From Schizochytrium sp. TIO01 (taxonomy: Eukaryota > Protista > Bigyra: Labyrinthulomycetes), in the NCBI GenBank assembly GCA_004764695.1, contig SMSO01000033.1, positions 2,666,001 to 2,730,000 of the forward strand: 64,000 bases of DNA. Reading direction: 5' to 3'. Of the stretch, positions 12,601 through 23,332 are shown in pieces. The notes under the pieces were generated by a model, which saw nothing but the letters and a program-made list of their open reading frames with translations, had not been told where the DNA came from and did not search any database. The position numbers and the translations under genes were made by a program. How positions within the stretch are numbered: the first letter of the stretch is position 1; each line of letters opens with the position of its first letter.

Positions 12601-13227
12601 CTTGAGATATCGCATGATACCTTCAAAGTCAAGACCATTCCCATGATTAGGGTTACGATAAAGAGCAGCAAGATCCTTATGAACCGGCGCCTGAATTGCT
12701 TGGCTTTGCGATTCATTACTTGAATTAGATTTTGTGGACTGTGATACAGGACCAGCAGCGGGGAAAAAGGGGCTCGGTGGCAAACGTTCAAACAGCAGAT
12801 TCTCTGGATCACAGGACTTGGCGCCGTGTGTGTAGGCAGTATGCCTCTTCTTCACCGCGGTCTTACTAGCACCAAGATATTTTTTCTTCACAATAATTTC
12901 CAAATAGTAAACGATTTGATCCACTTTATACGCAAGCGGAGGTTCTGGAACCTCGCCTCCACTTTGGAGTGCTGGAGCGCCTGCGCTCGCTTCACAAGGC
13001 ACATATTGTAAGCATAGTACTTCTGGAGCCAGACGAATAAGCTGCCGAATACGGTCAAGAGTGAGCACCAGAGCGCCTCGGCTAATATTACGGACCATGT
13101 TCACAGTGATCGCTATGCGGCACCCGATGTGTTTCTTGGTGAGAAAAGTTACCGCACTATCAAGAAGCAGGCATTCGCGCAGCACGGCCTGTGCTGACGA
13201 TGTCATTGTGGCCTCCTTGGTACTCAT
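9613..13227 (-). CDS. HRQ1: Hrq1/MrfA-type SF2 DEAH helicase with C-terminal DUF1998 Zn-binding domain
   Basis: Motifs STSTSSGKS, ALYIFPTKALAQDQ, TNPDMLH, IIDEAHSY, SATIANP, ALELGIDVG, QQIGRAGR and C-terminal CKC..GCLGCL..NC. First in-frame ATG at 13227 (the track start at 13251 is TTG). Confidence 0.88.
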   Translation of the reverse strand: MSTKEATMTSSAQAVLRECLLLDSAVTFLTKKHIGCRIAITVNMVRNISRGALVLTLDRIRQLIRLAPEVLCLQYVPCEASAGAPALQSGGEVPEPPLAYKVDQIVYYLEIIVKKKYLGASKTAVKKRHTAYTHGAKSCDPENLLFERLPPSPFFPAAGPVSQSTKSNSSNESQSQAIQAPVHKDLAALYRNPNHGNGLDFEGIMRYLKDCPFYESQLEYTHLYPSREMKFAELETSLHSDLVESLAQDFGISRFFRHQAMAIDAARRGCNIVVSTSTSSGKSLIFGVPVFQAMLTDGNLVEYTGEETHAEPASAPGGYFDDSMAEAEESELPDRERNVTALYIFPTKALAQDQLLSSRRLARAIGVRSGRRVRVSTYDGDTAHADREEIRKDAEIIITNPDMLHVSILPQHRQWQSFLRGLRFVIIDEAHSYHGIFGSHVSCVLRRLQRVCSLYALDPPQFFTCSATIANPVELFHLLCPASPRELFSVGDDMDGSPCGRRLFGIWNPPLHPSQRPSGDKAKGKEKAVDEAAAAAAEAAITGEVDDDLDIPLPPVENAGKRTHLQEGKLPKSRAKPKLIIPELLEEQQLDRKSSIFETALLLAALTRLGVKTMAFCRTRKLTELVLRYTHDELKQGYKGKVYDTGNKTRDLAATFAQGQPHLADLVAGYRGGYQMEERRVIEDKLFNGRLIAVTATCALELGIDVGHLDAVILLGYPGSAASMWQQIGRAGRSGKDALALFVCFNGPTDQYFAEHPDQLLDRTRVERAVLDPFNKYVLKDHLLCAMYEKPFRDEEDYKLFGGVRDRDKKTLSLTLDQLVEDNLALKRLHTSQVGVNELVYETHPKLSKPWNNVSLRIVDPVTFELYNGDRLMDTIPYSRALFELYPGAIYMHQGRSYLVSKLDLNTYKAWAHPTHVNYYTSPRDCNYVKVMGRFETDRLLPDVDVHCGAVQIERSVWGYRKIWLRSGRIFEMHEFTLPSLFFETQAAWVDLSTEIQIAVAKAKRDVRAGIHGINHMLSKFVQLHIMCHTTNVGTEHDATYIKRPKPPRLMIFDNCPGGLGIAEAAFGKMLPLLQTCKETLDNCKCTAVAGCLGCLAHANCSEYNARLDKKAAKIILDMLLQNVPKAETSSSEADIQMVSSPRSSPRQSLRKRKQPPTTPERLRAKGLNKALSMGRARVEQVQIRQQWVAQQPTHSENISKDEV

Positions 13228-14501
13228 GATCTGTATTGTTCTATCCAGCAATTCCAGCCAGCGCCTTTAAACAAAGCCTTCAATCGCTCAATCAGGTGAT
13301 AAGTTCTTAATCCCTAGTCTGATATTTATGTTTTATGTCCTGCAAACACAACAACTTTAGATCTTGCTGCCTAGATTGATGTTTTGCTCAAGGTCAGATG
13401 CAGCTTCTTGCAATTCTTTTACTTTAACGTGCAACTTGAGCTCCTCCGTTCCTTCAGGCTGATTCCCGATGCTTGATTTCGAGCTTGTGCTTCGAAACGA
13501 GTTGTTTATGAAGCGCAAAAATCCCACACGTCCTCAAGAACTTCTTTTGAGCTCGCCGGACCGGCGAGCTTTCACTGCACCACGACCTTTACAGTCGTTG
13601 AACGTCGGAAGTGGGGTTTGCAGTTTGCCGCAGAGAAGAGAAATAAGCTCGTTGAAAAAAGCAAAATAAGGCTACCAGGGTACATTTTAAAAAGTATAAT
13701 AACCTGGTCAGCCTAAGCATATTTTTTCTTGGAATGTGCGTAGTTCAAAGCTGAAGGCGATGGTAAAATGACGAAACGAGCAAAAATACGTAGATATGTT
13801 CCTGTTGATATTCACGAAAGTGTTTTCGTCGTGATTGCTTCATAGCTGAGTTGCTTGCTTGTTCTTTCCGTAGTACTATCTTTGAGATGTTGTTTTACGG
13901 CTTTTTAATCTCATTTTTCATGACTCCGCCATAAATTTTATGGCCAAAGTAAATCATGTAAAAGAAATCGAAGCAATGCTTAGAGAAAGCAAAGCAATTC
14001 AAGATCAAGAGTTGCAAGCAATCGACCGAGCGAGCAAGCACGCTACGTTGATTGAAGGCTAACCACGATCGTTTAGCCTGGACGCTATCGCCTGGACGCC
14101 AGCACAGAAAGTATCTAGACGCAGGAAGTTGGTGAGGGTGAGGGCTCGCTTTCGTCCAATTGGCGTCGTTCTTGTAATGAACTGCTTATCGTGGTGGATG
14201 GGGGAGGTCGTGAACTAGGAGCTCGTGAGATTTTACTGTGCGATTCGTCGTGTTTGCTAGAGCAGCTCTGTGTTTAATTTGTCGAAAACCTATCCGAAGA
14301 TTGTGTAAGGGTTGCGGACGTGAGAACGAACATCTTTGGTGGCAACTTTCTGTAGAATTTGAGAATTACTTCGAGATAGACAAATTCTGTCAGAGTTTCG
14401 ATTCTTCCTTTTTGCACCAACTTCGAAGCAGGTTCTTAAATTTGCGTAAAACAACCAGTTGAAAATTCGCCCTTTGCTTAGAATTGTGAATCCTTAGTGG
14501 A

Positions 14502-17500
14502 ATGGGTCACACAGCCTCATCAAATGCAGCTAGCCAGCAGTGGAGCAGGGAAATTTTAGGGCTTGGTGTTGATACCAACACTCCATCCTCATCACATCCT
14601 GCAGATACTGTTGCTGAAGGGTCACCTCAAAACCACGATGAACATGATTCTATGAGGTCAGGGTCAATACTCATGCGTGAGCGTCTTGTAAACCTGCAAA
14701 CCACAATTAGATTGAAGCAAAATGAAAGACTTCGTCGGATTATCGGGGAGGTCATTACTTTAACTATGCATCAGGTAAGGCATCAAGCAACTGTAGAAGT
14801 TGCTCTCCATGCGTCACTGCTGCAAGAGATTATGGAAGCGCTTCCATCAGCCTCGAAAGATGACTTGGTATGGCTATCTAATATGTTAGTGATCACCTCT
14901 CCGTTTTCACTGAATACCAGTTTTGGAATTCTTCCTCAACACCTAACCTCGACAAACATGAATGGCCCACGGCGCATTGCCTCACGGCACTACGCAGCAA
15001 TCATGAAGAATGAGCACACAAAGTTAATCAGCCAACTTGCTACAATGCTTCTCGATACGGATTGGCGTACGGTAAGGCAAGTTGTTTTTGCATTTTCGAT
15101 GCTGGTGGCCCATCCGAACTTGCGAAACCTTGAACAGAAACCACAAGGACTGTCCCTATTATGCTCAGACAGAAACCCATTTGTTCAGTACTATGTAGCC
15201 ACTGCACTTGGTAACTTATGCCTCGGCGCAATCCAAGTAAATGGTCAGCAGAAATCAACCTCTGGAATACAAAGCGTTATGCGTACGGGAGTTCCACATC
15301 TTATTAAAGCACTTCTCAATCCTAGTGTAGAGCTTTATGTGGTCGAGGCAATTTTGTACGCTTTGTTCTGTTTCGTTCGAGAGAAGCCAATGCGGGAACT
15401 GATTGGGCAAACAAATGTGGTCATTAGTGGAATGGGTCTTGTTCAAGTTGATTTTGCGCGTCATAGTTCATCAGGTACGCCAATAACCCCGGAAGATGGA
15501 CCAAGGCCACCGATGCCCACCCGAATGCTGAGTGGGGGTAGTAATAGCTTCCCTATCATGCATGTTCTTTTCGCACTCCTGCGCCTTCCTCGAGACATTG
15601 AGATCAGTGCTGTCCAAAGCTTTGGCCACTTGCGCAAGGCTGGTGAGCTCTCTGACCTAGCATTCACTTTAGCTTGTCTGGTTATCTGCGAACTTGCCAA
15701 CGCACCCGAGAATATTCATCTTCTTCGGGCCTTTGTTTGGGGCGACCGACCGCGTCACAATCTTCAAATCGATAACAGAATTCGGCAAATAGGTTTGATG
15801 TCTGCAGGCACAAGCAGTGGAGATCTGTCTTCGCGGCCTATTAAAACGTTCGGTGATGTTCTTTTAAAATTAGTTAAAGATCGCTCAACGAAGCGATTTT
15901 CACCTGCGGGAGTAGCGCTTGCTGCGTCTACTTTTTGGTTAACCGATAGAGATTATGAATTTGACTCTTTCGTCGACTCTTCACAGAAAGAACAGATAAA
16001 CATGCAGATACTTCCCTTAGTCAAGGTATTTTCCCGGCAAACATCTCAATTCGGGTTTGACAAATTTTGGGCGGGCTTTCGTGTTGCTCCAGGTCGGGCC
16101 TCAGCTCGTAGTCAGATGTTACAGGACTCAGTTATTTCTGAGCTTTGTGGCGGCGCCAACTTCAAAATGGAAAAGTTTTTGAAGCAAATGCAAGCTTACT
16201 TTCGAGTTTTGAACTCTGATCGTAGTGGAGTTCAAGGTGGTCAAGACGCAGATTTTAATGAATTCTGGATTGCATACTTTCAAGGATTAGTCTTAGATCG
16301 TGTCGAAAGCATTCTACCTGCATTACAACTTCAAGAAACTCAAGATGGACATCAAGATCTTGGACGTCTCAATCCTTATTTTTTCTTGCTTGCAAAAATC
16401 CTCAGAACCTGTATCGATGCACAAGTGTTTTCACGTGCAGTACAACTTATCACTCAGCTCGCCACATCTGGCATATCTCGGGCTCGACTCTTGTTCAAAT
16501 ATGGCGCAGTGCGACTCTTGGTACGTATGCTCTGGTTGATTAGTCATGAACAAGGTTATCTCGTTGTCAAAATTGTTGAAAGTGAACGGGACGACACAGA
16601 TGAAAGTGTAATCACACAAACAAGTCCTACTGAAGGGGATGATAGCATGTTTCCCGAATCAAGCAGTGCTGAGCTAGCAGGTGCAGGCTGGAACAAACGA
16701 ATGGAGCGATCAATTGGCGCTACTCTATTGAGTGCAACTGGACAATCTAACAGCTTCCGGGCGAGAATGCTCGATAATCGAATCTTCGTTGGCGCAGATT
16801 TGCAAGCCCGCTGCAGGCAAATACAAAAGGTTCTAGGCCCCACATTATTACTTCGTGTACTTGAGGCAGTCAACGCATTCACTCGACATGATGAGTTGCG
16901 TTTAGATATTGGTATTCATTTGAGACTCCGAGGACTCCTTTTTAAGCTCTATACAATGTTTCAGCGTGGCAGAATGGTGCAAAATAACCTTTCTTCATCG
17001 CGTTTGGGTGCATCCCGCGCTAACGCAGGCGCTGTAAACATAAATCCACCTTTAGAAGGTCTATTGGCGCCATTCTCGCAAGAGGAGGCCTCTGAAATTT
17101 TTGATGAACTTGCTATTGGCGTGGGCAGCTTGGCACCAGTGAATCATTCATTAACTCGACAGAATTGGACCACCCGGGAGAACATTGACTTGATGCGGCA
17201 TTTAGTCGACGCAGCAGCTTCAGGTGCAACCAGAGATGGAAGTGAAGTGTCATTAGCTGCTCAATACAAAGGGTTGAAAGCTATTTCGGCTTTAGAAAAT
17301 ATCACTCGCTCAAGAGGAATTAAGCCTGTCCTTCTTTCACACACGAATTTGCTGTATAGTCTCACTGCTGTTTTAGAGCATGTTCACCCTGGCACACTGA
17401 GTGGGGACCAGCAGCGAGCTATGGCACTTCTCTTATTGCGAAATCTTACGGCGAGTCCACATGGACTCTTGTTATGGCTGAAGTTCGACACCGCTAATAG

Positions 17501-18725
17501 GGCGGCAATTGATTCCTCCGGCAGACTTTTCCCCACAGCATGCGGTGATGCCGCACCTGACAATGTTCAGTTCACTGCATATCGTAAATTGCCCTTCTCT
17601 GGATCTCTTGGGTTTCAAATGGGCCGCTTGCAGTCAGGTTCGTTTGCCCGATTTCATGGAATGGAACGCAATGTTCACAACAACAGTCATGCGATTCGCC
17701 TTCGTGTAGGCCGTGAGTGCTGGGGCGTCAACTTTGCGGATAATTACGTCGTTGTGTTTGATGAAGAAGAGTTGGTCCTTGGACAGGAGTGGAGCATTGG
17801 TGTCTGGTTTTTATGTGAATGTAGCGATCATAGCATTGTACGTGATCAACATAATCAGGATTGTTTTACTCTTGTGCAATGTTTTAATGGAGACCGACCT
17901 ATTTGTATTCTACGAAGACAGTTTGTAGATGATCCAGAAGAAACATCCTTTGAGCTTGGCGCTTATTGCTCAAGTACTCAGACTTGGCATGGATCAGGAA
18001 TCGACCTTGACAAAATTGTTCCTGGATGGCATCATCTTTTGGTAGTTGGCTCTGGGGGACGTTCGATGTTTTATCTCGATGGTTCTCACAGTGTGCCATG
18101 CGCATCTATCGACTTTCAGCCGATCGATGATGTCTGCGCAATTGGTAATAGTACTTCACAGGACGAACCATGGGGCGTTGCCGCAGACCTTCGTATTTAT
18201 CCATTTGCTTTTGCAAGGGATCCACAAGATTGGGACTTTTTTGTAGACAGCCGGACTTGGGGCCTAGACTGTTATCCAGATGTAGATAACTATCCTCTAC
18301 CTAGTCCTTCCGAGGCTTTGCACATAGGCTATGCTCGGCCTGTGGAACACATTCGATTTGTTACAGCCACGTTTCAACAAGGAGTAATCATGAACTTGTT
18401 AATTAATGAACTCGAGCAAGGGACTCAGCGAACCCTTTCTCTTCAGATCTCCGCAGCTCAGATTTTAGGCGATCTAGCATTGTGTACGGTGTTACGGAAC
18501 AGAGTATTTTGTAGCAAGATCTTGTCATACTTTGCAAAATTTGTTGCTCAAGATTTGCCCTTGCCACCTTCTCCCTCGAGGTGGCCTCTTCAGGGCCTAG
18601 AAATAGAGGAAACCCCAAAACCTGCATCTGATGGTGACACCAATTCCAGCAAAGAAGATGAGCCCCTGGCCCGCCGCGCAGAGCTTAGGAGGGCCTTAAA
18701 TCGACTCATCATCAACTCCAAATAA
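14502..18725 (+). CDS. Large ARM/HEAT-like helical protein with a C-terminal concanavalin A-like (LamG3) domain
   Basis: 1407-aa intronless ORF. ARM-like segments (VQYYVATALGNLC, AAQILGDLA) and a LamG-like segment WSIGVWF...GWHHLLVVGSGGRSMFYLDG...IGNS...ADLRIYPFA (~17780-18210). Confidence 0.7.
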   Translation: MGHTASSNAASQQWSREILGLGVDTNTPSSSHPADTVAEGSPQNHDEHDSMRSGSILMRERLVNLQTTIRLKQNERLRRIIGEVITLTMHQVRHQATVEVALHASLLQEIMEALPSASKDDLVWLSNMLVITSPFSLNTSFGILPQHLTSTNMNGPRRIASRHYAAIMKNEHTKLISQLATMLLDTDWRTVRQVVFAFSMLVAHPNLRNLEQKPQGLSLLCSDRNPFVQYYVATALGNLCLGAIQVNGQQKSTSGIQSVMRTGVPHLIKALLNPSVELYVVEAILYALFCFVREKPMRELIGQTNVVISGMGLVQVDFARHSSSGTPITPEDGPRPPMPTRMLSGGSNSFPIMHVLFALLRLPRDIEISAVQSFGHLRKAGELSDLAFTLACLVICELANAPENIHLLRAFVWGDRPRHNLQIDNRIRQIGLMSAGTSSGDLSSRPIKTFGDVLLKLVKDRSTKRFSPAGVALAASTFWLTDRDYEFDSFVDSSQKEQINMQILPLVKVFSRQTSQFGFDKFWAGFRVAPGRASARSQMLQDSVISELCGGANFKMEKFLKQMQAYFRVLNSDRSGVQGGQDADFNEFWIAYFQGLVLDRVESILPALQLQETQDGHQDLGRLNPYFFLLAKILRTCIDAQVFSRAVQLITQLATSGISRARLLFKYGAVRLLVRMLWLISHEQGYLVVKIVESERDDTDESVITQTSPTEGDDSMFPESSSAELAGAGWNKRMERSIGATLLSATGQSNSFRARMLDNRIFVGADLQARCRQIQKVLGPTLLLRVLEAVNAFTRHDELRLDIGIHLRLRGLLFKLYTMFQRGRMVQNNLSSSRLGASRANAGAVNINPPLEGLLAPFSQEEASEIFDELAIGVGSLAPVNHSLTRQNWTTRENIDLMRHLVDAAASGATRDGSEVSLAAQYKGLKAISALENITRSRGIKPVLLSHTNLLYSLTAVLEHVHPGTLSGDQQRAMALLLLRNLTASPHGLLLWLKFDTANRAAIDSSGRLFPTACGDAAPDNVQFTAYRKLPFSGSLGFQMGRLQSGSFARFHGMERNVHNNSHAIRLRVGRECWGVNFADNYVVVFDEEELVLGQEWSIGVWFLCECSDHSIVRDQHNQDCFTLVQCFNGDRPICILRRQFVDDPEETSFELGAYCSSTQTWHGSGIDLDKIVPGWHHLLVVGSGGRSMFYLDGSHSVPCASIDFQPIDDVCAIGNSTSQDEPWGVAADLRIYPFAFARDPQDWDFFVDSRTWGLDCYPDVDNYPLPSPSEALHIGYARPVEHIRFVTATFQQGVIMNLLINELEQGTQRTLSLQISAAQILGDLALCTVLRNRVFCSKILSYFAKFVAQDLPLPPSPSRWPLQGLEIEETPKPASDGDTNSSKEDEPLARRAELRRALNRLIINSK

Positions 18726-19215
18726 TCTAATCGGTGAGACCTTTCTGAAGAGAAGAAACATCTACATAAGTAGAGAAGTGTTCATTAGTGAGTGTGGTGG
18801 ACCCCGCTTGAGAAGGATGTCAAGGACTTTGATTTTGTAACCTATAAAAGAATAAATTGCAAGTGAACCGCATATCTACATAGCTCTGAAATTGGTTTCG
18901 TTTTGATTTATTGCTTTATTATAATATTCTGGCGGAAGTTGTACTAGAACCAGACGCAAACTAATGTTTGCTCTAAAACAAACTTAAAATTGCTTGTATC
19001 ACATTTAGGCTTTAATTTACATATTCAAATAACGCTTCGTGGGATCGTTTGGCTTAGTCATTGAAGTTGTGCTAGGAAACAGGAAGAGTATTCATTTCAA
19101 AGCACACAATTTTAAAACCGGTATGAAGTACGCTCCTGTATTCACAGGGTGGTAGTGGTAGGACTAGCTTTGAAAATAAACATAGGCAAAGTCTGTCTCT
19201 GGAGATGCTCTTCTT

Positions 19216-20448
19216 TTAAAATTGGCGTACAAAGTACTCAGCAGACTGGTCAAAGGCTTGGAAGCCTCCAAATTGAGGCCCACCTTCATGCGCATTTGAA
19301 TCTGGGTCCTTGGAACTTTTGAAACGTTTCCGGGAAGTTGCATGCTTCGGATATGATGAACGAGAGCCATTAGACATATTTCGACGATGACCACTATTTG
19401 ACGACGAGAGAAAGGGCTCCTCTTCCTCTTCATCAAAATCTCGCGAAAGGCGAGGCGCATAAAGGCGCATTTGCAGCAAAACACATAAGAACGCAAGGAG
19501 GAATGTGCAGGCAAAGCATATGTAGTACTGCCATGAGCCTGCCACTGTATCTGCACGAAGTGAACAGAATTCATTGGGGTATACTTGGGCGGCAATGCCA
19601 CAAAACTTAATTACAAGGTAAGCACCAACGAAGCAATAGGTCACCACAGCTAGCAAGCGCCTAGGGGCAACTTCCCAGAGCACTAAGCAAATATTGAATG
19701 CAAGCCCAACAACGTAAAATACTCCAGCTGTAATCGAAAATGTAAAGTAAGGTAGGTCGGTTGTACCTAGACGATAAATGCCAGCTGTATTCAACATTAT
19801 TCCACAAAACAACCATGCGGCTGCCGCGCCCATCGTGACCGTAAATGCCGAGTAAGGTGAAGAGCCTGCAGCCACAAGGGCGAAAATCAGTCCGCACACT
19901 GCAGCTCCAACATAACCTGCAACAAACGGGTCGTACCATGTCTTGAGCGAAGCTGTCACTCCAAACCAGACAAGCGCGTAACCAATTGTTCCATAACTAA
20001 TGCCGAAAAGGATTATGGTGGAGACTTTGGGGATCTTAATACCTCCAAGTAATAATACAAGTCCCAATACTGCCCCAAATGACGCAATTGTGAGACGCAT
20101 GGTTCGGTAAGCTGTCTCCTTGCCACTTGGGGGACATGTGTATCGACTTAAGCTAATGCCTTGTTCCACTGCGGTCATCGGAAGTACCGAAGAATTTTTT
20201 GCTTGATCCCTGGTGTTACTTTCTTGACCAGTGAAGAGAAGCATTGGTGGTTTAACTTCGGAGTCTGAGAAGTTAAGGATTTTTGGTATTGTAATATTTT
20301 CTGCGTCCTTCTTTGAAGGAGCAATATTTTTGAAGTTCTCTTCGAGATCAGTGCGTATCCTCGCAGAAAGACTCAACCCATGACTGAACTCAAGAAAACA
20401 TAGGGTCCAAAGAAGCCAAACAGTCACGAGGGAGGCGGAGCTCCGCAT
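19216..20448 (-). CDS. Signal-peptide-bearing multi-pass membrane protein, TMEM198/TM7SF3 (DUF4203)-like
   Basis: N-terminal hydrophobic leader, about 7 Gly-rich TM segments (GAVLGLVLLLGG..., TYCFVGAYLVI...) and a polar C-terminal tail. Family assignment is by pattern only. Confidence 0.6.
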   Translation of the reverse strand: MRSSASLVTVWLLWTLCFLEFSHGLSLSARIRTDLEENFKNIAPSKKDAENITIPKILNFSDSEVKPPMLLFTGQESNTRDQAKNSSVLPMTAVEQGISLSRYTCPPSGKETAYRTMRLTIASFGAVLGLVLLLGGIKIPKVSTIILFGISYGTIGYALVWFGVTASLKTWYDPFVAGYVGAAVCGLIFALVAAGSSPYSAFTVTMGAAAAWLFCGIMLNTAGIYRLGTTDLPYFTFSITAGVFYVVGLAFNICLVLWEVAPRRLLAVVTYCFVGAYLVIKFCGIAAQVYPNEFCSLRADTVAGSWQYYICFACTFLLAFLCVLLQMRLYAPRLSRDFDEEEEEPFLSSSNSGHRRNMSNGSRSSYPKHATSRKRFKSSKDPDSNAHEGGPQFGGFQAFDQSAEYFVRQF

Positions 20449-21463
20449 CTTAATTTGATAAGCTTTTGCAAGCTCCTAGTTCCCCGCTACTCTATGATGT
20501 TATTCGGACAAGTCGCGAGCCGATGAACCTGATGAATTCAAAGGAGAGCTTATTGAATAACTTTCTCGTCTAGATGCTGGTTCTGCTCAACAGGTGATCT
20601 ACCCGCCGCGTATGATATAAGGTCTAGCTGCAAACTGGTTAAGAAAGGGCAGCAAAAGAGGTCGGAGGTGATAGATCGACCACCAGCAGCGCAATGACTC
20701 CTTAATAATCAAGGAAGCGCGCACAGACCCGAGGCGTCGGGCCAGCGAAGTGAGCTGTCTGCTGGGAGGATGTCTAGGTACACCCTGTTTCCTAGAAGTG
20801 ATCCGCTAAACTTTGTGGAGCAGCTCGGGCACAGCGGGCCGCCATGGATGGGGCTTTGGAGAATTCATCACCAAAAGTCTTTTGCAAGACTGCAAATGAT
20901 TCTTGTATTAAATTTACAATTGTTTTAATATGTGAACTATATACACGAATTTATACCCCTTCCTTCGCTGAGACTATTGTGAGAAATGATATTTTTTTAA
21001 TATTTTTTTTTTAAAGGAGCGAAACGAGCAATGATTCTATTCAATTCGTGATCCAAGGGAGCGAAGGTGATTTGATATGCCGAAAATTCAAAGCTGTTTT
21101 AGGATTAATATGAGTGAAATTAATTTCTTTCGGTGGCAAAGAGGAAATTTAATGTGAGACAACTTTGATCAAGTTTCGGCAGGGTAGTGAAATTATTTAT
21201 GCAACTATATCGTCAAATCTAAGCCAAAAGATGCAGTACGCCGGCCATTTGTCACGATTTCTGAGAGAAGAGTCAAGATTCCACCATTGAACAGATAAGA
21301 ATTGAAGCTTAATCGTTGAGGCACTTTGAATAGCAGGTTAAAGAACTCATAGAGAAATAATATTCTAATTTAGTCCGAATAGGTGCTATTTGCATGTGAC
21401 ATCCTGCCATCAATTTTGATGAAGGATTTAGAGAACAGGTGTGGCAGCGTGTATGCCTAGATT

Positions 21464-23332
21464 CTATTGGACGCAGCAGCTTTTTTGTTTATTGCTGAAC
21501 TTTTGTGAACTTGAAGAAAGGGAAGAAGAGTCGCGTTTGACACGGTGAGACTTTGGACGAAAAAGAATGCGTAGGCGGGGCCGTTTGCAAGTACGAGTAG
21601 CCTTCTTCTCAGAATCACCATTAGCGGTAGCTTCCTGAGACTTGTCTGCTTCAGAAACAGTAGAAGTTTCAGAAGAAGCTGGTACTGTGCCACGTTGGGT
21701 TTGTGGGTTGTATACCACGCCAGCCTGTGGAGCAATAGCATTTTGAAGCGATTGATTAACAAGGCTTAGTCGTTTTTTGTGTGTGATTCGGTCCTCTGTA
21801 TTGGGATCCTCTGACATTCTTCGAACCCGTTCATTTTCCGAATCCTTAACTGCCTGAGAGCGTAGGATTGCTGAGTTGCGCGATGCCTCTTGGGCTTCGG
21901 CTGCTTCTGCTGCTTTGTTTGCCTGAACACGCTCAGCCTGCTCCAAAGATGCACCTCGATAAGCGTTTGCTTGATTTTCCAAGCGCTCTTGCCGAGCTTC
22001 CTCCTCTTCAATGGCGGCGGCTTGCAATCTACGCCTCTGTTCAAATTCTATTTCAAGCTTTGCTAGAGCGGCTTGAGCATTGTTCTGCACACGCGTCACC
22101 GCGTTCAGATACTCCTCTTCGTGAGCTCTTCGCTCCCGCTCCATTTCAGAGAGCTTGTCAACTAGTTCGGAGGTGATTGCCCTCTCCAGAGAGGCCTCCA
22201 TTTCTTCGCGCTTTGTCTCGAGAGCGCGTTCCAGCTCCTCGACTTTAATATCGAAGTTTGCAAGCATCGTAGCTTCTTCTTGTCCAATTTTTTCAAGGCT
22301 TTTTCCAAGGCCTTCTTCGTGGTTCTCATTCATGGTAGTACCTGCTGTTCCACGCGAATACTTGGATGCTTCTGGTTGTGCTTGGTCAAGTGCAAGTTTA
22401 CCAAGCGCGCCACTAATGTCCATTCGGTGGTGCTCATCCAGAATTGCTGCCTGCTCTGGAGATTGCCAAATTCCCTTGCTGTTGCTCTTCGTGTCGCCTT
22501 GCTCAGGTGCGGATTCGATAATTTGCATGCTATCTTTTACAGCAATTGAAGAGTCTTTGGCTGCTTCAAGACGACCTCTTTCTAGGCTCCACTCCTGGGC
22601 AGCGCGGTTCATGTCCTTCTTCTGCTGCATCGTGAAACGAACTTGGTTCAGAGCAGATTCAGCCACGCGGTTAGCTGTCGCCAAAATTGCTGCTTTCTGT
22701 TCATCTGTAACTTGACGATTCTGTTCAAGCTTAGCAATGTACTCGATACTTGCAGTTCGCTTGCGTTGAGCAAAATCTTCGATGACGGTCTTGCGTTCAA
22801 TCTCCAAAACCCGTTTCTTGTGCTCAAGGTCAGTTGAAACCAAATTTCTGGTTTCATTCTTCTTGCGCTGGCAAGTATCTCGAGTGCGTTCTTCAAGAAC
22901 GCGGCTGAGACTACGCGTTCGCTCTTCTTCGAATATCATCTTCGTATGTAGTTGGTGGATTTGTCGCATCTCGTTAGCGACAATCTCATCGCGCATGATT
23001 TCCAGAGCAGCTCTGAGTCGTTCCTCTGCCGCCGCCTGTTTAGCTAAGGAAGCAGCACGTCTTCGGGTATCGCGTTCGGGTTGAAGTTCATTCTTTCCAG
23101 CAGCCACAAGCTTTCCTGGCTTGTTTCTCTGACTAACCTTGCATTCCGCCTCCGCGTCGTGTTTTTCCTCCTTCATCTCTTGCAATCGTCGCTGTTGTTC
23201 TTCTTCAAACTCGCGGCTAGCCTTGCGCTCGGTGGCCCTGCGATGCATCTCCTCATAGACCCTGGTTTTCTTCATTTCCATGATCCTCGTGGCCTGGTCC
23301 TCAACAACGGCAGCCGGGCCAATGTCCTCCAT
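21464..23332 (-). CDS. Long coiled-coil protein ending in a CaaX-type motif (KSCCVQ)
   Basis: E/R/K/A-rich heptad sequence. First in-frame ATG at 23332 (the track start at 23371 is TTG). Confidence 0.72.
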   Translation of the reverse strand: MEDIGPAAVVEDQATRIMEMKKTRVYEEMHRRATERKASREFEEEQQRRLQEMKEEKHDAEAECKVSQRNKPGKLVAAGKNELQPERDTRRRAASLAKQAAAEERLRAALEIMRDEIVANEMRQIHQLHTKMIFEEERTRSLSRVLEERTRDTCQRKKNETRNLVSTDLEHKKRVLEIERKTVIEDFAQRKRTASIEYIAKLEQNRQVTDEQKAAILATANRVAESALNQVRFTMQQKKDMNRAAQEWSLERGRLEAAKDSSIAVKDSMQIIESAPEQGDTKSNSKGIWQSPEQAAILDEHHRMDISGALGKLALDQAQPEASKYSRGTAGTTMNENHEEGLGKSLEKIGQEEATMLANFDIKVEELERALETKREEMEASLERAITSELVDKLSEMERERRAHEEEYLNAVTRVQNNAQAALAKLEIEFEQRRRLQAAAIEEEEARQERLENQANAYRGASLEQAERVQANKAAEAAEAQEASRNSAILRSQAVKDSENERVRRMSEDPNTEDRITHKKRLSLVNQSLQNAIAPQAGVVYNPQTQRGTVPASSETSTVSEADKSQEATANGDSEKKATRTCKRPRLRILFRPKSHRVKRDSSSLSSSSQKFSNKQKSCCVQ

